A stretch of DNA of 64,000 bases from an uncultured Candidatus Saccharibacteria bacterium (GCA_964370865.1 CAYJKF010000001.1:35703-99702); one strand, 5' to 3'; shown: positions 47,501 through 58,166, numbered from the stretch's first letter. Notes: generated by a model not told the origin, from the letters alone. Numbers and translations: made by a program.

Positions 47501-49285
47501 TTACTTCTGCATTACTTTCCAGAAAACGTCTTGAGGAATTTCTACTTTACCAAATTTACGCATACGTGATTTACCTTTTTTCTGTTTCTCTAACAATTTC
47601 ATTTTACGAGTAATATCTCCACCATATAGATAACCAGTAACATCTTTTCTAACGGGAGAAATATCATCTCTTGCATAAATTTTTGCACCAACTGATGCTT
47701 GAAGTGAGACCTTAAACTGTTGACGAGGAATTAAATTCTTAAGTTTTGCGATTATTCTCTTGCCCTCATCTGCAACGATAGATCGCTGAACAAGTTGCGC
47801 CAAAGGCGCAACTTCATCCCCTGCCACTAAAATATCCATCTTAACAACATCCGTGGCCCTATAATCAGTGAGCTTGTAATCTATCGAACCATATCCTGAT
47901 GTAATAGATTTTAATTTATCAAAGAAATCTATAATCAATTCAATTAAAGGAATTTCATAAGTAATTTTCATTCTCTGACTGTCTACCTGTTTTGAGTCCA
48001 CAAAAATCGCGCGCCTTGATTTACATAAATCCATGCAAACACTCATATAAGTAGGAGTTACATATATGTCCAATAAAGCCCAGGGCTCTTGAACCTCTTT
48101 TATGTATGTAGGATCAGGGAATTCCACAGGAGACTTAATATCAACAGTTTCATCTTTTGTATTCACTAATAAATATCTAACAGATGGAGTTGTAGTTATA
48201 ATTTCAATATCAAATTCTCTCGTGATTCTTTCGCAGATAATATCCGCATGAAGCAAACCAAGAAAACCGCATCTAAAACCTTTTCCCATCGAACCTATAT
48301 TCTCCGGATCAAAAGAAAAAGCCGCATCATTAAGTCTTAACTTTTCAACCGCAGCTCTCAAATCCAAATAATCTGAAGAATCAACAGGATAAATACTCAA
48401 AAAAACAACAGGGACTGGCTCTTTATAACCATGAATTGGCTCTGGCTCTTGGTTTAACAGAGTGATTGTATCTCCAACTCTAACGTCAACAATATCTTTA
48501 AGACCCGTTGCAACAAATCCAACTTCACCTGAACTTAGCTCTTTCACTAACTGTTCTGCAGGATTTAAATATCCCAAATCAACTACCCTAGACTTGGCTC
48601 TCGAGGCCATTAATCTAATATATGAATCGGATTTAATTATCCCAGAGAAAACTCTCACAAAGGCAACCACACCACGGTAATCATCATAAGCGGAATCAAA
48701 AACCAACGCGGTTGTATCCTCTGTTTCAGAAATCTTTGGCGCAGGAATTTTTAAAATAATCTTTTTTATTAAATCATCAACACCTTCGCCAGTTTTTCCC
48801 GAGGTGTAACAAATATCGTTTTCCTCAAAACCCAACTCAATTAGTTGTAGCGCGGTTTCTTCACCCCTAGCTGATGGTAAATCTATTTTATTAATTACAG
48901 GAATAATTTTTATGTTTTCTTGTTTTGCCTTTTCAAGATTTGCGATGGTCTGTGCCTCCACCCCTTGTGAAGCATCAACAAGTAAAAGAGCCCCTTCACA
49001 CGCAGCTAAAGACCTAGAAACTTCATATCCAAAATCCACATGTCCGGGTGTATCAATAAGATTTAACTGATATTCGATTCCATCCAAAGTGTACGGCATT
49101 CGAATAGCTTTTAACTTTATAGTAATGCCCCTTTCCTTTTCTAAATCCATGCTATCTAAAAGCTGTTCTTCCATTTTCTCTTTTCGAACAGAACCAGTTA
49201 ACTCAATAATACGGTCAGCTAAAGTGGACTTTCCGTGGTCAATATGGGCTATTATCGAGAAATTACGTATAACTGCTGTTTTCAT
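47501..49285 (-). CDS. lepA: Elongation factor 4 (LepA)
   Basis: A GTPase N-terminus NFSIIAHIDHGKSTLADR and the LepA-specific C-terminal domain. Confidence 0.9.
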   Translation of the reverse strand: MKTAVIRNFSIIAHIDHGKSTLADRIIELTGSVRKEKMEEQLLDSMDLEKERGITIKLKAIRMPYTLDGIEYQLNLIDTPGHVDFGYEVSRSLAACEGALLLVDASQGVEAQTIANLEKAKQENIKIIPVINKIDLPSARGEETALQLIELGFEENDICYTSGKTGEGVDDLIKKIILKIPAPKISETEDTTALVFDSAYDDYRGVVAFVRVFSGIIKSDSYIRLMASRAKSRVVDLGYLNPAEQLVKELSSGEVGFVATGLKDIVDVRVGDTITLLNQEPEPIHGYKEPVPVVFLSIYPVDSSDYLDLRAAVEKLRLNDAAFSFDPENIGSMGKGFRCGFLGLLHADIICERITREFDIEIITTTPSVRYLLVNTKDETVDIKSPVEFPDPTYIKEVQEPWALLDIYVTPTYMSVCMDLCKSRRAIFVDSKQVDSQRMKITYEIPLIELIIDFFDKLKSITSGYGSIDYKLTDYRATDVVKMDILVAGDEVAPLAQLVQRSIVADEGKRIIAKLKNLIPRQQFKVSLQASVGAKIYARDDISPVRKDVTGYLYGGDITRKMKLLEKQKKGKSRMRKFGKVEIPQDVFWKVMQK

Positions 49286-49325
49286 AGTTGGAAATATTAT
49301 ACAGACATTTGTTAGAATCTAGCTA

Positions 49326-49880
49326 ATGCCTCAATATAATTCAGATTTTAACTTCGCTTCTAAGGAAGAAACTAATTTAAGCTTTAATCAGAAAGTTGTT
49401 GACTGGTCAATACAATCAGGCAAAAAGATCATAATAATAACGGAGGCAATCGTCCTTATCAGCCTATTCGCAAAGTTTAAATTAGTCAGAGATTCTAACG
49501 CCATAAATTATAAATTAGAGAATTTGAAATTAGAAGTATTGCAAAAAACTGAAGAAGAAAAACGTTTCAACGAAATCATATCCGATATAAATAAATTCAA
49601 AGAAATTGAGGCTAGTCAAATTAATTGGGTAGATCGGTTTGTATTAGTTAATAAAAATGTGGCAGACCAAGTTATCCTTACCAGCGCAACATACACTGTC
49701 GATCAAGCCACAATAAAAGCACAAGTGTCAGATATTAGAGCCTTTGGAGTTTTTATAGGAAAAATATTAAGTGAGGATAGAATTACCAGCGCCTCATTAA
49801 TATCAAGTGAGTTTAATCAAGACGATCAACTGTTTATATTTGAAATGGTTTTAAAGATTAAAGATGTCGAGCGACTTTAG
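49326..49880 (+). CDS. PilN-like type IV pilus assembly protein (putative)
   Basis: A bitopic protein with an N-terminal TM segment and a coiled-coil, adjacent to a PilO-like gene. Confidence 0.4.
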   Translation: MPQYNSDFNFASKEETNLSFNQKVVDWSIQSGKKIIIITEAIVLISLFAKFKLVRDSNAINYKLENLKLEVLQKTEEEKRFNEIISDINKFKEIEASQINWVDRFVLVNKNVADQVILTSATYTVDQATIKAQVSDIRAFGVFIGKILSEDRITSASLISSEFNQDDQLFIFEMVLKIKDVERL

Positions 49881-50430
49881 AGAAAGATATAAAACAATTA
49901 AAAATAGTAGGTACTTTTACCTATCACTAACACTTATTATAACAAGTGTTTTTGTCGTATTTGCAATCAGACCCGCCATTGTTGAGGCAATAGATACATA
50001 TAATAACTTACAGGATTTAAAGGAAATCGAAACAATTCTCGAAGAAAAAAGAGTAAAACTAGAACAAGCTAGGGGCCTTATGACTACCTACGTTGTAGAA
50101 AGTTATAAGCTAGACGAGGTTTTTCCATCTGAACCAGAAGAATCAAATTTATTAGCTAACTTTAGCCAGACTGCCCTATCAAATAATGTCGTGATTGAGA
50201 GTATAGTCTTCGATGATTCAAAAGATGAAAATACACCAAATTCAGAATATAAAGAAGCAACTTATCGAATAAATATTGAAGGTAAATATCCTGATATAGA
50301 AAAATTTATTGCCGAAGTTTACAAATACCTAAGAATCACTACCATAAGTTCAGTCCAAATTGATTTAGATGCAATTTTTAAAGAAACAATCGTAGAGGTT
50401 CAATTAGAAGGAGTATATTTTTATAAATAA
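49864..50430 (+). CDS. PilO-like type IV pilus assembly protein (putative)
   Basis: An N-terminal TM segment followed by a coiled-coil (LQDLKEIETILEEKRVKLEQAR) and an alpha/beta domain. Confidence 0.4.
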   Translation: MSSDFRERYKTIKNSRYFYLSLTLIITSVFVVFAIRPAIVEAIDTYNNLQDLKEIETILEEKRVKLEQARGLMTTYVVESYKLDEVFPSEPEESNLLANFSQTALSNNVVIESIVFDDSKDENTPNSEYKEATYRINIEGKYPDIEKFIAEVYKYLRITTISSVQIDLDAIFKETIVEVQLEGVYFYK

Positions 50431-50431
50431 T

Positions 50432-50629
50432 ATGGATTCAAGAAGAGTATTTAATGTAGCCCTATTCACAATAATTACCACCCTCCTATGGTTAGCTACA
50501 AGTATATATTCAAGTTTTTTTAGAGTACCTAATCATCAAATTGAAGAAGGATTGACCGCAGAAATAAAAATTGAAGATTTTGATATAGAATTACTTAGAG
50601 GACTTAACGAGAGAGTTAAATATTACTAG
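50432..50629 (+). CDS. Small membrane protein, hypothetical
   Basis: A 65-aa ORF with one TM segment, third in the pilN/pilO-like cluster. Confidence 0.3.
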   Translation: MDSRRVFNVALFTIITTLLWLATSIYSSFFRVPNHQIEEGLTAEIKIEDFDIELLRGLNERVKYY

Positions 50630-50633
50630 TAAA

Positions 50634-52370
50634 TTACTCTTCGATTACAACTTTCTTATTCTTTATATTCTTGCTCAAAAGAGCTAACCATACATCCTTA
50701 ATGATATTTAATTCCTCAATCCTAAATAATCTCGAGAGAATTATAAATGTAATAAAACCAAAAATTGAAACAGTTCCCGTTAAAAGAATTAAATTTAGAG
50801 TTCGAGTAGTATCGAAAATGAATTTGTCCAGCGCCTTCATCGGCACGTAAAGTGCAATCGCTAAACAATAAGAAACCAGCAACATTCTATTTATAGGACC
50901 AATCAAAAAATTCCAATCAAAACCGCCAAGTTTTTTCGAAAGGCTAAAAAACAACCCGATAACATTTACCATACTACCAATAGAAAAAGCTAAAGCTAAA
51001 CTCCAAACTCCAAGTTCGAGCGTCCTAACAAAGTAAATCGCACAAACAGCATTTACCACTACTGAGATAATACTCCAAATTAAAGGCGTTTTAGTATCTT
51101 TTAGTGCATAAAATCCGCGCGTTAATACAATGGACAGTGATTGAAAAATCAACGAAATGCTAAAGAAACCAAGTGTATAGGATGTCATTACAGTTGCTTC
51201 CCATGAATACTTACTAGCTCCATATGCCAATCTAATTAATGGCACTCTCAATACAAAAAACAATACACTCACTGGTAATACAAAATAGACGACTTGCCGG
51301 ATCGTCTTTAAAAGCAAAATTTTAAATTCTGATTGATCAGCATTCTCGTCATCCTTCAAAGAGTTAACAAAAATTGGAAGAGCAGCTTGTCCAATTGAAA
51401 CTCCAAAAATCCGAACTGGTAAATTTTGAATGTCGTCTGCAAAGGTTAAAATAACGTTCGAAGCAGGTGATATAAATAAAGCGAGATTTGTATTAAGCGG
51501 AACTAAAAACCTCATTCCTGCCTGACCAAAAATTCTAGGCCAAGTAAGCCTATATATTTCTTTTACCCCCTCATGTTTTATAGAAAAATATGGCTTATAT
51601 TTAAATCCTATCTCTCTAACGAATGGCAATTGAATAAGTAAATGAATTAATGCGCCAAAAACTGTACCCCAAGCAGGGGCATAAATCCCTAAATCGTCGG
51701 TAAAAAGATAAATAAAGACGATAACTCCAATATTCATAAAAACAGGAGCTAAGGCAGGGATAATAAATCTTTTAAAGGAATGTAAAATGCTCGTAAAATA
51801 GCTACTAAACAAAAACCCAAGTTGGGCTAGCATCATGATGGTCATTAAATTTTCTAGTAGACGATATTCAGCATCGGTCATTCCCGCGCTATGGCCAATT
51901 AAGTTTCTCGCAAAGAAATCAGAAAAAGTTATCATGACAAGAATAAAGATAAGAATTCCAATCAGTGAGGTATTCATTACTTCCGAGGCTATTTTCCAGG
52001 CTTCTTCTTGACCTTTCTTGTAATACTTTAGAAAAACAGGAACAAATGCTGATGAAATGGAACCAGATACAATTATTGTGAAAATAAGGCTAGGTATATC
52101 ATCAGAGGCGAAAAAAATTCCAAGCTCGTTTGAATCTCCAAAATAATTAGACAGCATTCTATTTCGGACAAATCCAAAAAAAGCTGAAACCAAATAAATT
52201 GATCCTATGACTGATGCTGCTGATAGAATAGTTTGTTGTTGCGAGCTTAGAGCTAAACTGCTACGTTTTAAAAATCCTCTAACCATAAACATGGCGATAC
52301 TACCATATATATTGATATGCCTACAATAACCTGATAAAATACCCCGATATGGCAAACACCAAGCAAGCAA
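50634..52370 (-). CDS. murJ: Lipid II flippase MurJ
   Basis: A 14-TM MOP-superfamily protein with conserved N-terminal helices 1-2 of MurJ. The true start is probably the internal Met (MFMVRGF..., about 52292), which would avoid the overlap with rpsT. Confidence 0.75.
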   Translation of the reverse strand: MLAWCLPYRGILSGYCRHINIYGSIAMFMVRGFLKRSSLALSSQQQTILSAASVIGSIYLVSAFFGFVRNRMLSNYFGDSNELGIFFASDDIPSLIFTIIVSGSISSAFVPVFLKYYKKGQEEAWKIASEVMNTSLIGILIFILVMITFSDFFARNLIGHSAGMTDAEYRLLENLMTIMMLAQLGFLFSSYFTSILHSFKRFIIPALAPVFMNIGVIVFIYLFTDDLGIYAPAWGTVFGALIHLLIQLPFVREIGFKYKPYFSIKHEGVKEIYRLTWPRIFGQAGMRFLVPLNTNLALFISPASNVILTFADDIQNLPVRIFGVSIGQAALPIFVNSLKDDENADQSEFKILLLKTIRQVVYFVLPVSVLFFVLRVPLIRLAYGASKYSWEATVMTSYTLGFFSISLIFQSLSIVLTRGFYALKDTKTPLIWSIISVVVNAVCAIYFVRTLELGVWSLALAFSIGSMVNVIGLFFSLSKKLGGFDWNFLIGPINRMLLVSYCLAIALYVPMKALDKFIFDTTRTLNLILLTGTVSIFGFITFIILSRLFRIEELNIIKDVWLALLSKNIKNKKVVIEE

Positions 52371-52606
52371 AAAAAATGATAAGAAAAACGGTTAAAAAGA
52401 CCAAATACAATAGATGGTGGACATCTAGGGTTAAAAACGCTGTAAAAGCATTAAATACCAATAAAGATGCATCGAAAACACCAGAATTAATGACTTTTTT
52501 ACAAAAAACCATAGATAAGGCCGTTAAATCTAATGTTATTCATAAGAATCGAGGAAACCGAATCAAGTCAAAATCAATGAAAGTATTGCAATCAATAAAA
52601 GATTAA
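52349..52606 (+). CDS. rpsT: 30S ribosomal protein S20
   Basis: MANTKQAKKMIRK..., an 85-aa basic protein typical of bS20. Confidence 0.8.
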   Translation: MANTKQAKKMIRKTVKKTKYNRWWTSRVKNAVKALNTNKDASKTPELMTFLQKTIDKAVKSNVIHKNRGNRIKSKSMKVLQSIKD

Positions 52607-52620
52607 CCTAATATTCAAAT

Positions 52621-53295
52621 ATGGAATCAAAACTGCCCTTATACAAAAACCTTTTAACAATTTCTTCGATTGGATTTTTCTCAGTTCTCGCGTTACTAGT
52701 TCCTTCAAACTCATTTGCAGCAACCGCATTTATTGAGCCCAGCCAGGGAACCATTAATGCCAAAACTTTTCAGGTTGTAATTCACGTCGAGTCAAGTATT
52801 TCTGAACCAGAAATAGCTAGTTCAAACATTAAAATTTCTTACCCAGCTTCAGTAACCGCTACAGAAATCACAGAAGGTGATTTTGACAGCTATTTAGAAA
52901 AAACAATAGATACCACTGCGAGAGTTGTAACCATAAAAGCCGTTAACAATGCTCAAAATTATAAGAGTGGAGATGTCGAGCTAGGTTTAGTTAAGTTCAC
53001 GACGAATCAAGATACTGGTCAGGTTCAATTAGCAATTAGTGAACAAAGCGAAATAACAGGGGCAGGTGGTGAACAATTATTTACTGAATCAATAAATAGC
53101 AATTTCACTTTAAAATATGAAGGTGTTGATACAACTACGGCTACAGACACTACTACCACTACTACTACAACTGATACAACTGGAACTGCACCTGAAACTG
53201 GAATAAATGAAACATTACAATATGTATTGATTTCAGCAGCAATGCTAATCGGTGGACTTTATCTGTCACGAGGTACGCTTAAGATTCGTAAATAA
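52621..53295 (+). CDS. Surface protein with a C-terminal sorting-signal-like APETG, a TM segment and a basic tail; a Thr-rich linker
   Basis: A signal peptide. The C-terminus reads TGTAPETGINE, followed by a hydrophobic helix and RGTLKIRK. A sortase gene lies 750 nt downstream. Confidence 0.55.
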   Translation: MESKLPLYKNLLTISSIGFFSVLALLVPSNSFAATAFIEPSQGTINAKTFQVVIHVESSISEPEIASSNIKISYPASVTATEITEGDFDSYLEKTIDTTARVVTIKAVNNAQNYKSGDVELGLVKFTTNQDTGQVQLAISEQSEITGAGGEQLFTESINSNFTLKYEGVDTTTATDTTTTTTTTDTTGTAPETGINETLQYVLISAAMLIGGLYLSRGTLKIRK

Positions 53296-53303
53296 TATGA
53301 ATT

Positions 53304-54041
53304 ATGAATTCCGTCGAGGCATACAAAGGTTTTATCAGCTTCTTAATTCTTAGTGCAATCGTAGGAATCTCTGTAATAGGTTTTAGATACGTTAACACAA
53401 GTTCAAACACAACATCCTCTGCTACTGAAGCCGATTTAGTGCCATATGTTATTGTTGTTGAAAATGTCTCAACCACCGAAATAAATATTAATTGGAAAAC
53501 TTCAGCAGAAAATGGATCCAAAGTAATTTATGGAAAATCGAAAGACAACCTATCCGAAGTAGCAGCTAATGAAACCCTAACTAAAGAACATAAACTGAAT
53601 ATAAACGGGTTAGACCCCTCTACAACATATTATTATCGAATTCACATGCTTGATGAAAAGTATCACCCTACTACCGAGTTTTTCGATTTTTCAACCAGTA
53701 GTCATCTATTGGCGCCAGTCGAGGTTGAAACGCTCGAGCCGATTCCGACTCCAGCAGAACCCCCGGATATTGATATTGATTTCGAAATAAATCCTAGTCA
53801 ACCTGTTATTCAAAAAAAGAATTTAGAGTATTCAGGATTTGAGAATGTTGTAGAACGTAGTGATGGAAGCACACCAGAGACACTTGGAAAAACTACCAGC
53901 ATAATCGGAGAATCAATTATTGCCGAGTTTAAAGAAGCTCTGATATATAACGATTTAAGATATGATTTCAATGGCGATAAGGAAGTTGGGGCTGATGACT
54001 ATCCTTTATTTATACAATTTATATTAAATTCAGAAGATTAA
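53304..54041 (+). CDS. Secreted or membrane-anchored protein with an FN3-like domain and a dockerin-like Ca-binding repeat
   Basis: An N-terminal TM/signal segment, an FN3-like region (INWKTSAENGSKVIYG...TYYYRI) and a C-terminus DFNGDKEVGADDY that resembles a dockerin repeat. Confidence 0.45.
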   Translation: MNSVEAYKGFISFLILSAIVGISVIGFRYVNTSSNTTSSATEADLVPYVIVVENVSTTEININWKTSAENGSKVIYGKSKDNLSEVAANETLTKEHKLNINGLDPSTTYYYRIHMLDEKYHPTTEFFDFSTSSHLLAPVEVETLEPIPTPAEPPDIDIDFEINPSQPVIQKKNLEYSGFENVVERSDGSTPETLGKTTSIIGESIIAEFKEALIYNDLRYDFNGDKEVGADDYPLFIQFILNSED

Positions 54042-54044
54042 TTC

Positions 54045-54845
54045 TTACTTAACAAGTTTTCCTATAACTGATAGCCGATATTTCGTAGTTCCTGGTGGCA
54101 CGCAAGTAAATAATTCAACCGTACTCTCGTGTTTACCAAGTGTATTGGGATAAGGGTTTCCTAACGGGTCAACTTCCTCTGGATCCTGAATCTTAGAGAA
54201 ATCCACAATGTATCTATATTCTTTACCTTTATATTTGATAGTAAACTCGTCTCCATAATCTAAATCCTCTAATTTTGAGAAAATTGCCGTATAATCCCCT
54301 TCTTTATAATGATTCTTGAAATATGAATAAGTAGAATGACCATAAATGAATGAATTACAACCTTCACCTGGTAAACAGCTACCTTTGAAGTGTCCTATTG
54401 AATCCTGTGGGTCCATTGTGCCCGAATCTATCTCGACCAACGCATCTACTATATCTAGCTTGGGTATTGTTAAATAGAAATAACTGTGCGGTACATCATA
54501 ATTAGTAGTTTCTGCATCACTTTCGTCCTTTGTTAGAATTGGGATATTCGAATTATCATCATATGAAGTTAACTCCTTGTGCTTTTTGGCCTGGGATTCT
54601 AATTCGTTAAATGTAAACCCATTCGATGAGGCTTGGTTTGGAAGTACGCTTAAAGTAACTTTTTGAAGTGGATTAATAATTGGATCTTTTTGCTCTTCGT
54701 AGGCATAACTAACAAAAACTGGAATAATTACATTTTGAGATAATAAATAAAGTCCTGTTAGGAATAAGGCTAGCGCCAGAGTCGACCTTACGATTTTTAG
54801 CAAAACGTGTTCCTTTTTTTGTATAGATTCCTGTGAAATATTCAT
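54045..54845 (-). CDS. Sortase-family transpeptidase
   Basis: An N-terminal TM anchor, conserved His (YGHSTY), the catalytic TLxTC-like ELFTC motif and a downstream Arg. Confidence 0.65.
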   Translation of the reverse strand: MNISQESIQKKEHVLLKIVRSTLALALFLTGLYLLSQNVIIPVFVSYAYEEQKDPIINPLQKVTLSVLPNQASSNGFTFNELESQAKKHKELTSYDDNSNIPILTKDESDAETTNYDVPHSYFYLTIPKLDIVDALVEIDSGTMDPQDSIGHFKGSCLPGEGCNSFIYGHSTYSYFKNHYKEGDYTAIFSKLEDLDYGDEFTIKYKGKEYRYIVDFSKIQDPEEVDPLGNPYPNTLGKHESTVELFTCVPPGTTKYRLSVIGKLVK

Positions 54846-54903
54846 AAGTATAACCCATGGCTATACTAGTCCTATAGTAGAGCTGGGCAGCGCTATTTTA
54901 ATG

Positions 54904-55590
54904 CTAAAATGAGTATATCATAAAATCTTGGATCATCTGTAATTTAGACTTATAAGAATTAGATTTCATGTCAAATTCTAGTTTATAAATGTCCAAAAGG
55001 ATATTTTTTAGCTGGGCAATTTCTAATTTTGAATTTTGTAATTTACTTTTAAAAAACGGACTTATTTTTTTTGAGGTTTCATTTTTTGATTTTATGGATA
55101 AAATATTTCTGACATAAGTTTGCGCTAGACTGGCAAACATAAAAACAGCTGCCTCGTCTTCATCAATATTTAACAGTTTAGTAATCGCGGACTTTTTATC
55201 ATTACGAATAAATAAACAGTCACATATATCAAATGATTGTGAATCGAATTTTTCATCAAATTTAATGAGTTCTACGACTTTTGGTAATGTTTTTGCAGTG
55301 GCAGCCTCTAATTTATAGCTAAGTACGAAATAAAGATTTGTATTTTTAACAATTGGTTCGATTTGTTTTATAAAATCGACTACTTTAGATTTATCGGCTG
55401 GCTCAACTTTAATGATTACTAGTTTATCTCTATCATCAAATAATGAATTTGCGCTAAGTAAATCTTTGATATCTAATTCAGTTTTTATTAAACCCTGAAA
55501 TTCATATACTAAGCTTTTATCAAATTTATTCTTAACATTTGAAATATATTCCTGGATTTTTACTTTATCGTCTCCCGATATTATTTGCAT
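54904..55590 (-). CDS. Hypothetical protein, possibly a short DNA polymerase III delta subunit (HolA-like)
   Basis: Weak resemblance to the N-terminal HolA domain. The length (228 aa) is short. Confidence 0.3.
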   Translation of the reverse strand: MQIISGDDKVKIQEYISNVKNKFDKSLVYEFQGLIKTELDIKDLLSANSLFDDRDKLVIIKVEPADKSKVVDFIKQIEPIVKNTNLYFVLSYKLEAATAKTLPKVVELIKFDEKFDSQSFDICDCLFIRNDKKSAITKLLNIDEDEAAVFMFASLAQTYVRNILSIKSKNETSKKISPFFKSKLQNSKLEIAQLKNILLDIYKLEFDMKSNSYKSKLQMIQDFMIYSF

Positions 55591-56663
55591 TCGGCTTGTG
55601 AGTCGTCACAAAAAAGGTAAGATCTGACTAAGGTTTTAATAGCTTCATATGTCCTCCCTGTAGGAACTAAAACATATTTCCCACTATAAAATTGTTCACG
55701 TTCTTCTTCGGTAGGTGATTCTAACATTCCAGAGCCTAAAACATTTGGATTTTTTAATTCGTTAGATAAAACTATTTTCTTTACATTAAGATTCTCAGTT
55801 GAACTTACCATGTCATAAAAATATAAAATCTCTGAAAGACTAATATCAGTTTCGACATTTTGCTTGTAGGCTTCATATAGTTCTGCGATTTTGCCAGGGT
55901 TAAGTAAGGTTTCGGAAGAAAGAATTTCGTCTTTTAATGCGACTAAAACTTTTTGTTGGCGTCTGGCCCTGGCAAAATCGCCAGCCTCATTAAAATTTTC
56001 TGAATGCCTAGATCTAGCATACTGAAGTGCCTTCTCACCATCCATGGTCTGGATACCCTTTTCAAATCTGACTGTCATATATCTTGCACTTTCAGGTATA
56101 GCATTCTCCATTCCCTCTACTGGATATAAATGGTCAACAAAAGCTTCTTCGACTTCAATGTCTAATCCTCCAACTGCGGTTATTGCATCTTTGAAGGCAC
56201 TAAATCCTACCAATGCTGTGTAATGAATAGGAATTCCTACTATTTCCTCAACTTTTTCCTGAACTTTTTTTACATCCCTACCCCTTCCTTCATAAGGAAA
56301 ATAATTCCATGCATACAACGCATTAATTTTCTCATCAATCTCATCGACCCATAAATCACGAGGAATTGAGACCATTACTGTATTTGAATTATTGTCCCCA
56401 ATTGATAGAACCATAATTGTGTCCGTAAGAACTCCACCCTGTGTACTGCCTGGTGATCTTTGATCTAAACCTAGAACTAGAATATTGGTCCTACCATCTG
56501 TGGATTTGATATCTTGCGCGGTAAAGACCTTCGAAACAACTGAAACGGGCTTAAATAGTGCAGCCGCAAGGCCTCCATTCTTGAAGAATAAAATTGATAC
56601 TATTATCGAAACTATAAATATTAATAGAAAAAAATATTTTAAGACCGGTCCTAATTTGAACAT
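55581..56663 (-). CDS. LytR-CpsA-Psr (LCP) family cell-envelope glycopolymer transferase
   Basis: An N-terminal TM segment and the LCP block ILVLGLDQRS...TDTIMVLSI...VSIPRDLWV. Confidence 0.8.
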   Translation of the reverse strand: MFKLGPVLKYFFLLIFIVSIIVSILFFKNGGLAAALFKPVSVVSKVFTAQDIKSTDGRTNILVLGLDQRSPGSTQGGVLTDTIMVLSIGDNNSNTVMVSIPRDLWVDEIDEKINALYAWNYFPYEGRGRDVKKVQEKVEEIVGIPIHYTALVGFSAFKDAITAVGGLDIEVEEAFVDHLYPVEGMENAIPESARYMTVRFEKGIQTMDGEKALQYARSRHSENFNEAGDFARARRQQKVLVALKDEILSSETLLNPGKIAELYEAYKQNVETDISLSEILYFYDMVSSTENLNVKKIVLSNELKNPNVLGSGMLESPTEEEREQFYSGKYVLVPTGRTYEAIKTLVRSYLFCDDSQAECK

Positions 56664-57304
56664 TTAGAAATTATAGAACTAAATTCAATTGGATCCAATG
56701 CCGAAGTTCCTATCAAAAAGCCTGATATTATCGAATTATTTGTATATTGTTCAACATTTGCACTATTCACACTCCCACCATATATGAAGGACGATAGTCC
56801 TATTTGTTTTTGAACATCATAGATTGATTCCATTGATGCAGGATTTCCAGTACCAATTGATTCAAGTGGTTCATATGCGAAAAGTAATGTTGAAGATGCG
56901 ACATGGGATTTAGCCGAAGTAAATTCACCTAGATTTTTGAAACAAACAATTGGAATAAGGCCTGCTTTCAAAGATAAATCAATTTTGGCTAAGACCTCAT
57001 CATTGCTCTCACCCCTTGTGCGCGATTCAGAATGACCAATAATTACATATTTACAAAAGTCTTTTATTTGACTTGCTCCTACTAAACCAGTTTGGGCTCC
57101 GTTTTCAAACATTGATACATCTTGCCCAGCAATACTTACACCAAGTTCATCCGATAGACGACTTAACATATGTAAATATGGATTTGAAGGGGCAATCACC
57201 ACCTCGATATTGGGCGTTGCTTTATATTCATGACCAAAAGTATCAATCCAATTCTTAACCTCAGATATATTTTTATTTTGTTTCCAATTTGCAATGAAAA
57301 TCAT
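56651..57304 (-). CDS. tpiA: Triosephosphate isomerase
   Basis: Motifs NWK, IIGHSESR (the catalytic His/Glu region) and GGSV. Confidence 0.85.
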   Translation of the reverse strand: MIFIANWKQNKNISEVKNWIDTFGHEYKATPNIEVVIAPSNPYLHMLSRLSDELGVSIAGQDVSMFENGAQTGLVGASQIKDFCKYVIIGHSESRTRGESNDEVLAKIDLSLKAGLIPIVCFKNLGEFTSAKSHVASSTLLFAYEPLESIGTGNPASMESIYDVQKQIGLSSFIYGGSVNSANVEQYTNNSIISGFLIGTSALDPIEFSSIISKCSN

Positions 57305-58164
57305 TTGTTATCTTCTTCCATCTTACCCCTAATTCTTTCACGTGTTGCTGAAAAAATCTCGGGTAAATTCTCTAAATCGCTGTGAGTATAATCATATCCG
57401 ATCGTCGATAAACAGGCAAAAACAGTAGGTATTTGCTTATAAATTCTCGAAGCGTACCCACAGGATATCAAACTGCGAGGGAGGATTGCTACATTCAAAT
57501 CGTCTTCTCCCAAACTTGATAAGTCACATCCCATCGGACATCCCATGCAAGATGGATTATTTCTAGGTTCTACCGTTAATTCTCTATATAAATCGAGGAT
57601 ACTATTATATAGGTTTTCGTATTCGTATATATTCTTTAGGTCTACCGATAAACTTGAGTCGATTTTCAAACTAAGACTATTAATTTGATTTAATTTGGTC
57701 TCAGAGAAATCCCCAAATGAAAAATATCCAAGTGAGAAAACGCCGTGTTCATTTATTATCAAATCAGACTTGTATTTATCCGCTTCTGTTGTGGAAAGAG
57801 TAATTTCGTCTGGGAGTACAGTTAAATCAATAAATGGGGTCTTTTGTTCTCCAACTATAACAATTGCATCTAGGCCAGCATAATTCATTTTTGCGGCTAA
57901 AGTTCCTCCACCATACTTCTCTACGAACTTTCCATTTTCAATTGTTAATAGACATGATTTTGAAATATAAGGAAAATATCCCGATAAAGGTCCAGATGTA
58001 ATAACGATTGGCTTATCCTCGTAATATTCTTCTAATAATTTATAAGCTAGACTTACTCCTCCAATATACTCATACACATCACCAACTATTTTTATTTGAG
58101 CAACTTGCTCAGTTAAATCGAGATGGAGAATATTTTTGTAGTATTTTTCATTTGAAGAAATCAT
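57301..58164 (-). CDS. Stand-alone aldehyde:ferredoxin oxidoreductase N-terminal-domain-like protein (AFOR_N-like) with a Cys-rich tail
   Basis: The blocks ILHLDLTEQ..IGGVSLAYKLL, ITSGPLSG and KYGGGTLAAKMNYAGLDAIVIVGE follow the order and spacing of the AOR N-terminal domain. The C-terminus carries CMGCPMGC. Confidence 0.45.
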   Translation of the reverse strand: MISSNEKYYKNILHLDLTEQVAQIKIVGDVYEYIGGVSLAYKLLEEYYEDKPIVITSGPLSGYFPYISKSCLLTIENGKFVEKYGGGTLAAKMNYAGLDAIVIVGEQKTPFIDLTVLPDEITLSTTEADKYKSDLIINEHGVFSLGYFSFGDFSETKLNQINSLSLKIDSSLSVDLKNIYEYENLYNSILDLYRELTVEPRNNPSCMGCPMGCDLSSLGEDDLNVAILPRSLISCGYASRIYKQIPTVFACLSTIGYDYTHSDLENLPEIFSATRERIRGKMEEDNK

Positions 58165-58166
58165 TT

